A DNA stretch of 54,466 nucleotides from a candidate division WOR-3 bacterium UBA2202 (GTDB lineage Bacteria; Hydrothermota; 32-111), in the NCBI GenBank assembly GCA_002327905.1, contig DCUY01000105.1, forward strand, positions 1 through 54,466, read 5' to 3'. Both the position numbers and the translations under genes were made by a program. Shown piece by piece: positions 34,286 to 45,002 of this stretch. Below the pieces are notes generated by a model, which was not told where the DNA came from, ran no database searches, and saw nothing but the letters and a program-made list of their open reading frames with translations. Each line of letters starts with the position of its first letter. Positions within the stretch are counted from its first letter, which is position 1.

Positions 34286-35359
34286 ATGAAAAAATTTCTT
34301 TTATCGATAGTTTTATTGTTCTCTACAACAGTACTTATCTTTTCAACCGCCTCCCAAGCAGGTGCGATCTTCTTGATGATCTATCCGGGTTCTCGCGCCG
34401 TAGGTTTGGGCAACGCATACACTGCAATTTCGGATGATGCGCTTGCTACCTACTACAATCCTGCCGGGTTGGGTTTGCAGGACAAGAAAGATATTGTGCT
34501 TATGCATGTCGAATGGCTTCCCGGGCTAAATGCAGGTATGTATTATGAGTTCGCAGGAGTCGTTGTTCCCACGAAGTACGGTGTTTTCGGAGGAAGTTTG
34601 ATTTATCTTACGACCGGCGAGACATCTGCGACAAGCGACAATGACCCTACAGCCACTTGGAACACATTCGATCTTGCAGTAACCTTATCTTACGCCTATA
34701 AATTAAGAAACAATCTCTCAGTAGGCGCTTCTGGCAAATTCATCTATTCATTTTTGGCACCGGATTGGGTAGTTCAGGATTTTTCGATAGGCAGTGGAGG
34801 GCAGGGGCAATCAGTGGCTCTGGATTTGGGTGTGATATATAATCCCACGAAAACAACAACATTAGGATTGTCACTCTCAAACATGGGTCCCGGAATTCAG
34901 TACATCGCAGAAGGAAGCATAGACGATCTTCCCTGCGCGCTTCGACTAGGCATCAAACAGATGATTCTGGAGAACAGACTCAACAAACTCATGTTCACAT
35001 CAGACATTACCAAAGTCTTTGCAGGAATTGACCTTGATTCCCTCAATGACTCCGATTTTGTCTTTGAGTTCTCAAGATTATCCGAAAAGAAGAATTCTAC
35101 TGAGGATTCTCTTCATTTGAGCATGCTTGAAGCGGAATTTTTGGACACATGGCTGAGCTTCGGCCTTGAGTATCTCTATTATGATTTATTCGCTTTGAGG
35201 GCAGGCTACTTTGTGGACAGCTACGGCGAAAGAATCGGATTTACTTTCGGCGGCGGAGTTATAGTCAAAAACAGCATCCGTATTGACCTTGGCGTTGACT
35301 CAGACATCTACAAATTTGAAACTGCGAATTACCGCATCTCCTTAGGCTTCAAGTGGTAG
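34286..35359 (+). CDS. PorV/PorQ-like outer-membrane beta-barrel protein
   Basis: Signal peptide, then GAIFLMIYPGSRAVGLGNAYTAISDDALATYYNPAGLG, the N-terminal motif I associate with PorV/PorQ-type barrels. C-terminal ..YRISLGFKW. Confidence 0.55.
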   Translation: MKKFLLSIVLLFSTTVLIFSTASQAGAIFLMIYPGSRAVGLGNAYTAISDDALATYYNPAGLGLQDKKDIVLMHVEWLPGLNAGMYYEFAGVVVPTKYGVFGGSLIYLTTGETSATSDNDPTATWNTFDLAVTLSYAYKLRNNLSVGASGKFIYSFLAPDWVVQDFSIGSGGQGQSVALDLGVIYNPTKTTTLGLSLSNMGPGIQYIAEGSIDDLPCALRLGIKQMILENRLNKLMFTSDITKVFAGIDLDSLNDSDFVFEFSRLSEKKNSTEDSLHLSMLEAEFLDTWLSFGLEYLYYDLFALRAGYFVDSYGERIGFTFGGGVIVKNSIRIDLGVDSDIYKFETANYRISLGFKW

Positions 35360-35362
35360 ATA

Positions 35363-36217
35363 GTGGATTTAATTCTCAATATAAATAAAGAGAAGTCCAT
35401 ATCCTCATTTGATGTCATCAGGTTTCTAAGGAGAAAAACAGGCGAAAGGCGCATGGGTTTTCAGGGAACTCTTGATGTCTTCGCTGAGGGTGTTCTTCCA
35501 GTATTCACAGGTTCGTACACAAAAATAATCCCATACATTTACAGCGGAGTAAAAGATTACTTATTTGAAATTCAGCTCGGACTGAAGACTGATACTCTTG
35601 ATATAACCGGAAGTATAATCGAAAAGAAGGATTTTCCGAAGAATCTGCCGAGAGAAGAGATTGAGATTCTTATAAAAAAGGAATTTACGGATGAGTACAT
35701 TCAGAGAGTTCCTGAATATTCCGCAGTGAAGATAAACGGCGCTGTAGCATATAAACTGGCGAGAAAAGGAATCTCTCAGGATATGCCGTCAAAGGAAGTG
35801 AAGATATTTGATGTGAAAATACTCTCTTCTGATGGCGGAATTATAACAGGAAAAATATCCGTCTCCTCCGGCTTCTATGTGCGTCAGTTCGCAAATGACC
35901 TCGGAGAGTCTTTAAAAACATACGCAATTGTTACGAAACTGCAGAGAACAAAGAGCGGCGATTTCTCTATTGAAGAGAGCATAAAGATGGATGAAGCTGA
36001 TGAAAAGAGAGCTGTGAACTTAAAAAAACTTCTTGAAAAAAGAATGAAAATAATATATATGAACGAAGAAATGACAAAGGATTTAAGAAACGGAAAAGAG
36101 ATTCCGAATACCTCAAACATACAGGGTTTATGCGTAGCATTTGATTCTGATGAAAGAGACTGCATCATTCTCTCAGGAGAGGGAGAGGCATTGAAAGTGA
36201 AGAGGATTATAAAATGA
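35363..36217 (+). CDS. truB: tRNA pseudouridine(55) synthase
   Basis: KEKSISSFDVIRFLRR...GFQGTLDVFAEGVLPV (catalytic Asp motif), then YSAVKINGAVAYKLARKG. GTG start. Confidence 0.85.
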   Translation: MDLILNINKEKSISSFDVIRFLRRKTGERRMGFQGTLDVFAEGVLPVFTGSYTKIIPYIYSGVKDYLFEIQLGLKTDTLDITGSIIEKKDFPKNLPREEIEILIKKEFTDEYIQRVPEYSAVKINGAVAYKLARKGISQDMPSKEVKIFDVKILSSDGGIITGKISVSSGFYVRQFANDLGESLKTYAIVTKLQRTKSGDFSIEESIKMDEADEKRAVNLKKLLEKRMKIIYMNEEMTKDLRNGKEIPNTSNIQGLCVAFDSDERDCIILSGEGEALKVKRIIK

Positions 36218-37152
36218 ATATTTATTATGGGCTTGATTCATTTAAAAAACTCAAAAAGAATCTTACCATTACAATAGGTTCATTCGATGGTCTTCACAGA
36301 GGTCATCTGAAAGTTTTGGAGAGGCTCTCTTTGGAGGCAAAAGAGGCGTCGTCCGATACATGCGTGATTACATTCGAACCTCATCCGAGAATGCTTTTAA
36401 GCGATGTGACTGAGAATTTTCTTCTCTCCACTCTTCAAGAGAAAATGTACCTTATGGAGGAGAGCGGATTTGTTGACAATATTCTCGCCATACCGTTTGA
36501 TAAATCATTTTCTTTGATATCTTCGACTGATTTTATTGAATCAGTTATTTTGAAAAACACAACTCCGTCAGCCATTATTGTCGGATATGACACGCATTTC
36601 GGAAGGAACAGGATGGGCGATGTCACGCTTTTAAATAATATTTTGAGAAACTATAAAACAAAAATATCAATAGTGGAGCCGGAGATGATTGACGGACAGG
36701 TTGTATCCAGCTCCCTTATAAGAAAGCATATCAGATTCGGCGAAGTATCTCTGGCAAATGACCTTTTGGGATACAAATACTTTCTTCAGGGGCATGTGGT
36801 GCGCGGCGAAGGAAGAGGAGCTCTTCTCGGATTCCCTACAGCAAATATAGAATTCACAGACAGAATAAAAATACTGCCTCAGAACGGAGTATATGCGGTC
36901 TCTGTTATTTATGACAAAAAAGAATACAGAGGCATGATGAATATCGGAAAGAGGCCTACATTCAACGAGAGTTTGTCAATGGAAGTTCATCTTATTGATT
37001 TTAATGATAATCTGTACAATAAGATGCTCAAAATAAGCTTCATCAAACGACTGAGAGATGAAGTGAAATTCGGCTCATCTGACGAACTTATAGAACAATT
37101 GAAAAAAGACAAAGAAAAAATAAAAAATCTAAAGGAGGCTTTATGGCACTAA
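36214..37152 (+). CDS. ribF: bifunctional riboflavin kinase / FAD synthetase
   Basis: [10 protein letters not shown] nucleotidyltransferase motif and a C-terminal riboflavin kinase domain ([17 protein letters not shown]..., EVHLIDF). Confidence 0.9.
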   Translation: MNIYYGLDSFKKLKKNLTITIGSFDGLHRGHLKVLERLSLEAKEASSDTCVITFEPHPRMLLSDVTENFLLSTLQEKMYLMEESGFVDNILAIPFDKSFSLISSTDFIESVILKNTTPSAIIVGYDTHFGRNRMGDVTLLNNILRNYKTKISIVEPEMIDGQVVSSSLIRKHIRFGEVSLANDLLGYKYFLQGHVVRGEGRGALLGFPTANIEFTDRIKILPQNGVYAVSVIYDKKEYRGMMNIGKRPTFNESLSMEVHLIDFNDNLYNKMLKISFIKRLRDEVKFGSSDELIEQLKKDKEKIKNLKEALWH

Positions 37153-37412
37153 AAAAAGAAAAGAAGCAGGATTTGATCACAAAATTCAAAGTCACTGAGA
37201 GTGATACCGGTTCGCCGGAAGTTCAGATTGCTCTATTGACCGAGAGGATAAATATGATATCCGAACACCTGCAGAAATTCAAGAAGGACATTCACTCAAG
37301 GAGAGGATTACTTCAGCTCGTCGGAAAGAGAAGGCGCTTGCTTGATTATCTTATGAAGAAAAACTTTGACAGATACAAGAAAGTGATTAAGGAATTGAAT
37401 ATTAGAAAATAA
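37143..37412 (+). CDS. rpsO: 30S ribosomal protein S15
   Basis: 89 aa with [50 protein letters not shown]. Confidence 0.93.
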   Translation: MALKKEKKQDLITKFKVTESDTGSPEVQIALLTERINMISEHLQKFKKDIHSRRGLLQLVGKRRRLLDYLMKKNFDRYKKVIKELNIRK

Positions 37413-37425
37413 GGGAGGCATTTTT

Positions 37426-39585
37426 ATGGAGCAAAAAATTAAAGGCGCCTTTGGCAGGTACCAGCTTGAAATTTCAACCGGTAAAGTTGCAAAACAGGCA
37501 AACGGCTCCGTAGTTGTAAAATTGGATGATAATATCATCCTTGTGACTGCGGTCGCATCTAAGGATAGAAAAGAAGGGCAGGATTTTTTCCCGCTCACAG
37601 TAGATTACAGAGAGAGATATTATGCAACGGGAAAGATTCCGGGCGGATTCTTTAAAAGAGAGGGAAAGCCGAGGGACAGGGAGATTCTTGCGTCAAGGCT
37701 TATTGACCGTCCCATCAGGCCATTGTTTCCCGATGATTTCATGAATGAAACGCAAATAATTGCGGCATTATTTTCAGCTGACGGAAAGATTGACACTGAT
37801 GTTCTTGGAGTTATAGGCGCATCAGCGGCACTCTATCTTTCCGATATTCCCTTTAACGGACCCGTTGGAGCATGCAGAGTTGCTATGATTGACAAACAGC
37901 TCGTGGACTCACCCACATTTGAAGAGCTTCAGAATGCAGAGCTTGAGGTTGTGATAGCAGGAACGGAGACGACAGTGACAACAATTGAATCATCTGCAAA
38001 TGAAGTCTCTGAAGAAGATATGTTACGCGCGATAGAGTTCGGACATGAGAGAATCAAAGAATCAATAAAACTTCAAAAAGAGCTTGCAGAAAAGATAAAA
38101 GTTAAGAAGATGGTTTACGAGCCGTTCATAATTCCTGATGAACTGAAAGAAAAGATAAGAATGGTCGCAGTTGCGGAACTCCCGAGAATCAATGAAATCT
38201 TTGAGAAACAGGCGAGAAATGAAGAATTCTACAATCTTGTAAAGAAGATCAAAGACGAGCTCAAAGAAGGATATCCTGATTTTGAGCACATGATACCTAA
38301 TCTCGTAGAGGATGTCAGAAAAGAGATGATTCGAGAGAAGATAATCAACAAAGGAATAAGGCTTGACGGAAGAAAGGTCACTGACATAAGAAATATCACG
38401 TGCGAAATCGGCGTGATGCCTCGAATCCACGGTTCTGCTTTATTCACGCGCGGAGAGACGCAGTCGCTCGGATGCCTCACTCTCGGCACTTCTTCTGACG
38501 AACAGACAATAGAGGACCTTGAAGGAGAATCTTCAAAATCATTCATGCTTCATTATAATTTCCCGCCGTTTTCAGTGGGAGAGGTGGGCAGGATGAGCGG
38601 ACCCGGAAGACGGGAAATAGGACACGGATTTTTAGCAGAAAAATCCCTTCAGGCGATAATTCCTTCAGAGGAAAAATTTCCTTATACAATAAGAATAGTC
38701 TCTGAAATACTTGAATCAAACGGTTCTTCATCAATGGCTTCAGTATGCTCCGGCTCTCTCGCACTTATGGATGCAGGAGTTCCTGTTAAGACTCATGTTG
38801 CCGGAATTGCAATGGGGCTGATTATGCATGACAACGGAGCAGTCATTCTCTCTGACATTATGGGAGAGGAAGACCATTACGGAGATATGGATTTCAAGGT
38901 TGCCGGAACAAAATACGGCATCACAGGCCTTCAGCTTGACACAAAGATTGAAGGAATTTCAATGGAGATTCTTAAAGCAGGATTCACGCAGGCAAAAGAC
39001 GGAAGAATGCACATTCTCGGAATTATGGACAATGTAATATCCAAGCCGAAGGAGTCATTGTCTGAGTATGCACCCCGCCTGATACAATTCACGGTTGCAA
39101 AGGATAAAATCGGGCTTGTTATAGGCCCCGGCGGAAAGATGATACGTTCCATAATCGAGACAACAGGAGTAAAGATAGACATTGATGATGACGGCAAAGT
39201 GACTATCGCATCAGCTGACGGAGAGAGTTCGGAAAAAGCCAAAAATATAATTATGTCTTTAGTAAAAGAGGTTGAGAGAGGAGAAATATACGCCGGAAAA
39301 ATAGTAAAGATAACAAACTTCGGAGCATTCATAGAACTTCTCCCGGGCAAAGAGGCGCTAATGCATATTTCACAGTATGCGCATGAGAGAATAGAGAATC
39401 TCGCCGATCATATTAGAGTCGGAGATACTGTTGAAGTCAAAGTTATAGGCATTGATGACAGCGGAAAAGTGAGTGTGTCGAGAAAAGCTCTTCTCGGACC
39501 TCAGGAACACTATCATAAAAAGCCTTACGGCAAGAGGTATGATGAAAGAGACGAGAATAGCAAAGATACCCCAGAAGATAAGTAG
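37426..39585 (+). CDS. pnp: polyribonucleotide nucleotidyltransferase (PNPase)
   Basis: Two RNase PH domains, a KH domain (IGLVIGPGGKMIRSI) and an S1 domain (GEIYAGKIVKITNFGAFIELLPGKEALMHISQ). 719 aa. Confidence 0.95.
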   Translation: MEQKIKGAFGRYQLEISTGKVAKQANGSVVVKLDDNIILVTAVASKDRKEGQDFFPLTVDYRERYYATGKIPGGFFKREGKPRDREILASRLIDRPIRPLFPDDFMNETQIIAALFSADGKIDTDVLGVIGASAALYLSDIPFNGPVGACRVAMIDKQLVDSPTFEELQNAELEVVIAGTETTVTTIESSANEVSEEDMLRAIEFGHERIKESIKLQKELAEKIKVKKMVYEPFIIPDELKEKIRMVAVAELPRINEIFEKQARNEEFYNLVKKIKDELKEGYPDFEHMIPNLVEDVRKEMIREKIINKGIRLDGRKVTDIRNITCEIGVMPRIHGSALFTRGETQSLGCLTLGTSSDEQTIEDLEGESSKSFMLHYNFPPFSVGEVGRMSGPGRREIGHGFLAEKSLQAIIPSEEKFPYTIRIVSEILESNGSSSMASVCSGSLALMDAGVPVKTHVAGIAMGLIMHDNGAVILSDIMGEEDHYGDMDFKVAGTKYGITGLQLDTKIEGISMEILKAGFTQAKDGRMHILGIMDNVISKPKESLSEYAPRLIQFTVAKDKIGLVIGPGGKMIRSIIETTGVKIDIDDDGKVTIASADGESSEKAKNIIMSLVKEVERGEIYAGKIVKITNFGAFIELLPGKEALMHISQYAHERIENLADHIRVGDTVEVKVIGIDDSGKVSVSRKALLGPQEHYHKKPYGKRYDERDENSKDTPEDK

Positions 39586-40813
39586 AACCACTCTTAGAAA
39601 CGGTTCTCTTATGATTGGAGAGGAGATTGAATATCTCCATTCATTCATATTTGGAATTTATGTGAAAACAGGCTCTGACAATGAGCCTGTTCAGCATAAT
39701 GGAATTTCCCATATGGTTGAGCATCTTTTGTTCAAGGGGACAAAGAAGAGGAGCGCAGAGAAGGCGGCTCTTGACATAGAGAGCCTCGGCGGGATGATGA
39801 ATGCATATACTGCGCGAGACCACACATGTTTTTATGTCAAATCAATGCCGAAAAATTTTCCGAAAATATTCAAAATAATTCAGGAGATGATATATCAGCC
39901 GCTCATTGATGCCAAGGAGCTTGAAAAAGAAAAAAATGTAATTTTGGAGGAGCTCAAATCAGCCCTTGATGACCCTGAAGATTTGGCTTTCCAAAATCTT
40001 AATCAAATAATTTTTGAAGGGTCAAGATTCGAAAAATCTATTATAGGAACTGAAGAGAGCGTAAAAAAATTAAGCAAAAAAACAGTTGATGATTACATTG
40101 ATAAATACTATACCAACAAAAATATGTTTTATTCCTATGCGGGACCGATGAAATATGAGGATGCCTCGGTAATTTTCAATGATGAAAACCGCAGAGCCGG
40201 AGGCGCTTTGACTGCGTCAGGCAAGAAAATACTCTTTCATAAATCCAAATTCAAATATGAATTCAAAGAATCATTGCAGCAGTTTCATGTTGTGATGGGA
40301 GTAAAATCCGGCGGATTCACTTCAAAAGACAGATACGCATTGATGATGCTTATTTCAATACTTGGGGCGGGAATGTCATCAAGGTTATTTAGAATACTGA
40401 GAGAGAAGAACGGACTTGTTTATACTGTTTATTCATTTACTGAATCCTTCAATGAGGCAGGAACAACAGGAATCTATTTTGCATGCAATGAAAAAAACAT
40501 AAATAAAACACTGAAAATGATTGATATTCAGCTGAACAGAATAAAAGAAAACGGAGTTTCACGAGCTGAGATTGAGAAAGTCAAAAATCAGCTTCTCACG
40601 AACTTGGCTATGAATTACGACTCTCTGTCAGGAAGAATGTCTCTTATAGCGCGTTCAATACTTTATAATGACAAACTCATAGGATTTGACGACATACTCG
40701 CGGAATTTGAAAAAATAACTCAGGAAGAGATACAGGAAGCGGCATTGAGGTATTTTGATTTTGATTCTTTCAATTTTTCCATAGTCGGTTCTAAGGAGAA
40801 ATTCAAATTATGA
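39539..40813 (+). CDS. M16 family (pitrilysin/insulinase-like) zinc peptidase
   Basis: Inverted zinc motif HMVEH in GISHMVEHLLFKGT, with N-terminal TLRNGSLMIGEE conserved. The start at 39539/39542 overlaps the pnp 3' end; the ORF-track start at 39473 is unlikely. Confidence 0.8.
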   Translation: MMKETRIAKIPQKISRTTLRNGSLMIGEEIEYLHSFIFGIYVKTGSDNEPVQHNGISHMVEHLLFKGTKKRSAEKAALDIESLGGMMNAYTARDHTCFYVKSMPKNFPKIFKIIQEMIYQPLIDAKELEKEKNVILEELKSALDDPEDLAFQNLNQIIFEGSRFEKSIIGTEESVKKLSKKTVDDYIDKYYTNKNMFYSYAGPMKYEDASVIFNDENRRAGGALTASGKKILFHKSKFKYEFKESLQQFHVVMGVKSGGFTSKDRYALMMLISILGAGMSSRLFRILREKNGLVYTVYSFTESFNEAGTTGIYFACNEKNINKTLKMIDIQLNRIKENGVSRAEIEKVKNQLLTNLAMNYDSLSGRMSLIARSILYNDKLIGFDDILAEFEKITQEEIQEAALRYFDFDSFNFSIVGSKEKFKL

Positions 40814-41244
40814 AAGAGATTAATGTGAAAATTTTTCTTGAAGAAGGCGCCGAGTATCCCAAGTATATGACCTCAGGTTCTTCAGGAGCGGATCTATTCG
40901 CTTATCAGGAGATTGAGATTGAACCGAAGGAATCAGCTCTTGTTAGAACCGGAATAAAAATTGAAATTGAAGAAGGATATGAATGCCAAATCAGGCCGAG
41001 AAGCGGATACTCAATGAAGAATAAGATTCTCATACTTAATACTCCGGGGACGATTGATTCGGATTACAGAGGAGAGATACAGGTAATAATGTATAATCTG
41101 AATGATGCGCCATTTACAGTGAAGAAGGGCGACAGAATCGCTCAGATTGTCTTTGCCGAGACATTGAGAGGCGAATTCAGGGCTGTGGAGCTTAAGAGCA
41201 GTGAGAGAGGAGAAGGCGGTTTCGGCCATACGGGCGGTATGTGA
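40810..41244 (+). CDS. dut: dUTP diphosphatase
   Basis: 144 aa with SGSSGADL, RPRSG, GTIDSDYRGE and ERGEGGFGHTG motifs. Confidence 0.92.
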   Translation: MKEINVKIFLEEGAEYPKYMTSGSSGADLFAYQEIEIEPKESALVRTGIKIEIEEGYECQIRPRSGYSMKNKILILNTPGTIDSDYRGEIQVIMYNLNDAPFTVKKGDRIAQIVFAETLRGEFRAVELKSSERGEGGFGHTGGM

Positions 41245-42062
41245 TGATTTACTATTTCAAAATAATGACTGTGATTTTGCCTTTTATTTCATTTGATGTG
41301 ATTGATGCGGTCTCAGAGTTAATAGGAAGAATAATATACTTTTCAGGGAACTGGAGAATTAGAGCCATATCAGAAAATCTTCTTTCCATAGGAGCCTCAA
41401 ATTTCAATATAAAAAATACTTTTGTCAATATGGTAAAGAATCATTTTGAAATGCTCAAGTTTTACAGAATGAATAAAAAATATATAAATGAAATAACAGA
41501 ATTTGCGGCTGACAGACCGTTTGAATATTATAAAACTAACACTTTTATTCTGACAGGGCATTTTGGAAATTGGGAGTCAGCTTCATACTTTATTTCTACT
41601 ATCGGTGTATCCCCATGCACAGTAGCGGAGCTTGTTAATGTGGGAGAAGAGATGTATTCAATAATGGAGATGTTCAGGGTAAAGAGCGGAATGGTTGTTT
41701 TTCCGCTTGAGGATTTGACCACACCGATAAAACTCAGAGACAGTTACAGAGCAGGCCGCACTCCGATTCTGCTTGTTGATAGAGATATTACGAAGGCGGG
41801 AATACCTTTAAACATAGGTGAAAAAATATTGAATGTGCCGAAAGGCGCATTTTATCTTGCGAATAAACTGAATGCGGAAATTACAGCAGGTGCTTATGTG
41901 AGAATCAAATCAAAGAGATACAGATTTAAGGTTATTTTGAAGAGTCTGGGAAAATCCGAGAGTATGGAAGACGGAGCAAAAAAAACCATAGAATCATTGT
42001 TTGAAATGATAAGGGATTACCCGGAGCAATGGTTCGCATTTGATTTAAACTGGGAGAAGTAA
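41241..42062 (+). CDS. LPLAT/LpxL-type (lauroyl/myristoyl-like) acyltransferase
   Basis: HX4E motif in LTGHFGNWE and a downstream LLVDRD. 273 aa. ATGA overlap with dut. Confidence 0.65.
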   Translation: MMIYYFKIMTVILPFISFDVIDAVSELIGRIIYFSGNWRIRAISENLLSIGASNFNIKNTFVNMVKNHFEMLKFYRMNKKYINEITEFAADRPFEYYKTNTFILTGHFGNWESASYFISTIGVSPCTVAELVNVGEEMYSIMEMFRVKSGMVVFPLEDLTTPIKLRDSYRAGRTPILLVDRDITKAGIPLNIGEKILNVPKGAFYLANKLNAEITAGAYVRIKSKRYRFKVILKSLGKSESMEDGAKKTIESLFEMIRDYPEQWFAFDLNWEK

Positions 42063-43228
42063 TGGAAGAAAAAAAGAAATTAAAAATTTTGCTGGTCTCG
42101 GATATGTATTATCCTCTTGCAGGAGGAATACCCGAGCATATTCATCATCTGTACATTGAGATGAAGATGATGGGACACACAGTGCACATTTTAACAGGAA
42201 AATCATTCAAAGAGGTCAAAAGCGAGAATTCGGACATTAAGAGATATGGCTTGTCTTTTTCAATTCCTGCAAATAAATCATTCTCGCAGGTGACTCTCGG
42301 TTTCAGAATGTTCATTGATATAAAGAATCTTCTTCGGAAAGAGAATTATGACATAATTCATATACACGGAGCATTGGCTCCGATTCTTCCTCTTGCGGCG
42401 ATATTCTTCTCAAATACTACGAATATAATAACCTTTCATGCTTCTCATGAAAGGTCGATAGGATATGAAGCTCTAAAATCTCCATTATCAAAATTCTTCC
42501 GGAGAATTGACGGAGTAATCGCCGTATCAACTGAGGCAAAACGGTCAGTATATAAATATTTCCCGGGAGATTATGAAGTCATCCCGAACGGAGTTGACAC
42601 AAAGAGATTTTCGGACAAGAATCCCAAACTTGAGAAGTATATTGACGGGAGGATAAATATTTTGTTTGTGGGAAGGCAGGATCCGAGAAAGGGGATAAAG
42701 CATCTTTATAAAGCGTTGGATTATATTATTGATGAGATTCCCGACATTAGGCTAATAGTTGTCGGAAAGGGATTTTTAAAGAAGTATTACGAACTTTCGA
42801 TAAGCGATAAGGCGAAGAAGCATGTTGTTTTTGAAGATTATGTGGACTGGGCTCTTCTCCCGTCATATTACACAACAGCGAATGTATTTGTCTCTCCGGC
42901 AATAGGCGGTGAAAGTTTCGGCATAGTCCTTATAGAGGCAATGTCATCAGGAGTACCGGTGCTTGCGAGCAATATCAGAGGATACAGGCAGGTTGTTGAC
43001 CACAGAAAGAATGGGTATCTTGTGAAACCGAAAGACCCGAAGGCGATTGCTGACGGAATACTTGATATTCTCAAGGATCCTGTTTTAAGGAAAGATATGA
43101 TAGAGAACGGACTTGAGACAGCGCAGAAGTATGACTGGAAAATTGTAGCAAAGACTGTGGTGGATTTTTACGAAAAGACCATTGATGAGAAAAAGTCAAA
43201 GAAGCATAAATTGAAGAGGTGGTTTTGA
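42062..43228 (+). CDS. glycosyltransferase family 4 (GT-B fold, PimA-like N-terminus)
   Basis: KILLVSDMYYPLAGGIPEHIHHLYIEMKMMGHTVHILT and the EX7E region GESFGIVLIEAMSSGVPV. Confidence 0.8.
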   Translation: MEEKKKLKILLVSDMYYPLAGGIPEHIHHLYIEMKMMGHTVHILTGKSFKEVKSENSDIKRYGLSFSIPANKSFSQVTLGFRMFIDIKNLLRKENYDIIHIHGALAPILPLAAIFFSNTTNIITFHASHERSIGYEALKSPLSKFFRRIDGVIAVSTEAKRSVYKYFPGDYEVIPNGVDTKRFSDKNPKLEKYIDGRINILFVGRQDPRKGIKHLYKALDYIIDEIPDIRLIVVGKGFLKKYYELSISDKAKKHVVFEDYVDWALLPSYYTTANVFVSPAIGGESFGIVLIEAMSSGVPVLASNIRGYRQVVDHRKNGYLVKPKDPKAIADGILDILKDPVLRKDMIENGLETAQKYDWKIVAKTVVDFYEKTIDEKKSKKHKLKRWF

Positions 43229-44067
43229 TTTTATCTCCATATCTCATACTATTGATACCTGTGCTTTACTTAATAGGGTGGATATACTGGTTTTTAAAGC
43301 ATAAAAGGCCTTCTTTAAACATGCCGAGAATAATTTCATTTCACAAAATATCAAATACTCCTGAATTGGGAGGAACATTCAATACTGTCAAGCAATTTGA
43401 ATCATTCATCCGTTTCTTAAAAATGAACGGTTACAAAACTGCAAGGATAGACAAAATTCTTGCAGAGCCTGAAGAGAAAGAAATACTGATCTTTTTTGAT
43501 GATGCCTATGAAAATATTTATAATGAAGCATTTCCAATTATGAAAGAATGCGGATTAACAGGAGTATTATGTCCTGTGGCAGGATATATAGGGAAGAAAA
43601 ACTTATGGGACAGAGGATTGAAGAGATTCAGGCATATGAATGAAAATCAATTGAAAGAGATGTCTGAAGCAGGTTTTGAAATTATATCACATTCCATGAG
43701 CCATTCGGATATGAGAAGACTGAACAAAGAATCATTGATTAAAGAGACGACAGAATCAAAGAGGACTCTTGAAAATCTTTTGAATAAGAAGATTGATTAT
43801 TTTATATATCCTTTCGGATTGTACAATGAAAATGTGAAGAATGCAGTAAAGAACGCCGGATATAGAGCGGCATTTGCGTCATACAATGAGAAAAATGACA
43901 AGATAGACTCTTTCGCAATAGGCAGAAACACGATGTATATAATTGATTCTAAGTTTGATTTAAAAATAATCCTTGAGAGAAAGCCGCTTTTTCTCTTCGG
44001 ACATGAGGATCAGAAGGGGAGAATAATAAACTGGTTCAGCAGGTTTTCTGCTGTAATTAAAATATGA
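43219..44067 (+). CDS. polysaccharide deacetylase (NodB homology, CE4) with N-terminal TM anchor
   Basis: FFDDAYEN (TFDD-type motif) and HSMSHSDM (H-x-x-x-H motif). GTG or TTG start; the exact start is uncertain. Confidence 0.75.
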   Translation: MVLILSPYLILLIPVLYLIGWIYWFLKHKRPSLNMPRIISFHKISNTPELGGTFNTVKQFESFIRFLKMNGYKTARIDKILAEPEEKEILIFFDDAYENIYNEAFPIMKECGLTGVLCPVAGYIGKKNLWDRGLKRFRHMNENQLKEMSEAGFEIISHSMSHSDMRRLNKESLIKETTESKRTLENLLNKKIDYFIYPFGLYNENVKNAVKNAGYRAAFASYNEKNDKIDSFAIGRNTMYIIDSKFDLKIILERKPLFLFGHEDQKGRIINWFSRFSAVIKI

Positions 44068-45002
44068 AAAAGAGAGCGATGTTTATTGATTATATTTTTC
44101 TTTTAAGGCCTTCAATACAGGCGGCTCTATGGACATTTCTTTTTGCCGGAAGTTATCTCTTTATTGGAAGAACAAAGGCAATATTGCCATTTTCTTACGA
44201 ATTTACTTTGAACATGGAAATAGGTCTTATAGCTTATACTCTAATCATGGGCTCAGTTTATGTTCTTAATCAGATAAGCGATATTGATACCGACACAATC
44301 AACAAGAAGCTCTTTTTGCTTTCAGAGGGTATAATCAGTAAAAAAAATGCATACATTTTTTCGGCATTTTGTGTAGTTGCGGGATTTTCAATAATCATTT
44401 TCAGCGGAAGGTTTTCCGTAAACAGTCTTCTTCTTTATATTGTCTCTTATATTATGGGTATTTTATACACTGTCAAACCTTTTGAATTCAAAAGGAGGCC
44501 TTTCATAGATTTGATTCTGAACGGAATCGGCTATGGAATGATCGCACCTCTGATAGGCTTTGAGCTTGCAGGGGGCAAAGTTGATGCAAGAGCAGTTATA
44601 CAGACAATTCCGTATATCTTATCAATGTCAGCCATATTTATAAATACCACCCTTATGGACTATAAAGGGGATAAAGAAGTAGGAGCTGTGACAACAGGAG
44701 TATTTCTCGGAATGAAAAAATCCCTTTTTCTCTCAGCTCTGCTCATGCTTGTCTCCTGCTTATCAGGGCTTCTCCTTAAAGATTATATTATAGGTATTTG
44801 CGCGTGTTATTCTTTCTTCTTCTTTATTTATGCGCTTGTTAATACAAACAAGAGAAACCTTGATTGGAGCGTGAAGTTTACATCTCCTGTTATGACACTT
44901 TTACTTGGAATATTATTCCCTGGATTTTTACTGTTATCATTCATTGTTTTAAGTATGATATTCATTTATTACAAATACAGATTCAATCTGAAGGTGATAT
45001 GA
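44064..45002 (+). CDS. UbiA-family integral-membrane prenyltransferase
   Basis: 8-9 TM helices. First Asp-rich motif is NQISDIDTD, and a second acidic motif lies in TLMDYKGDKEVG. Confidence 0.75.
   Translation: MKKRAMFIDYIFLLRPSIQAALWTFLFAGSYLFIGRTKAILPFSYEFTLNMEIGLIAYTLIMGSVYVLNQISDIDTDTINKKLFLLSEGIISKKNAYIFSAFCVVAGFSIIIFSGRFSVNSLLLYIVSYIMGILYTVKPFEFKRRPFIDLILNGIGYGMIAPLIGFELAGGKVDARAVIQTIPYILSMSAIFINTTLMDYKGDKEVGAVTTGVFLGMKKSLFLSALLMLVSCLSGLLLKDYIIGICACYSFFFFIYALVNTNKRNLDWSVKFTSPVMTLLLGILFPGFLLLSFIVLSMIFIYYKYRFNLKVI

Noticed and set aside
41241-43228. Calling the acyltransferase/GT4 pair patA/pimA (phosphatidylinositol mannoside synthesis)
   Set aside because: The similarity is only at family level (LPLAT HX4E motif, GT4 N-terminal pattern). 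No inositol-phosphate or PI synthase gene is visible, so gene symbols were not assigned. It is kept only as an analogy in the findings.
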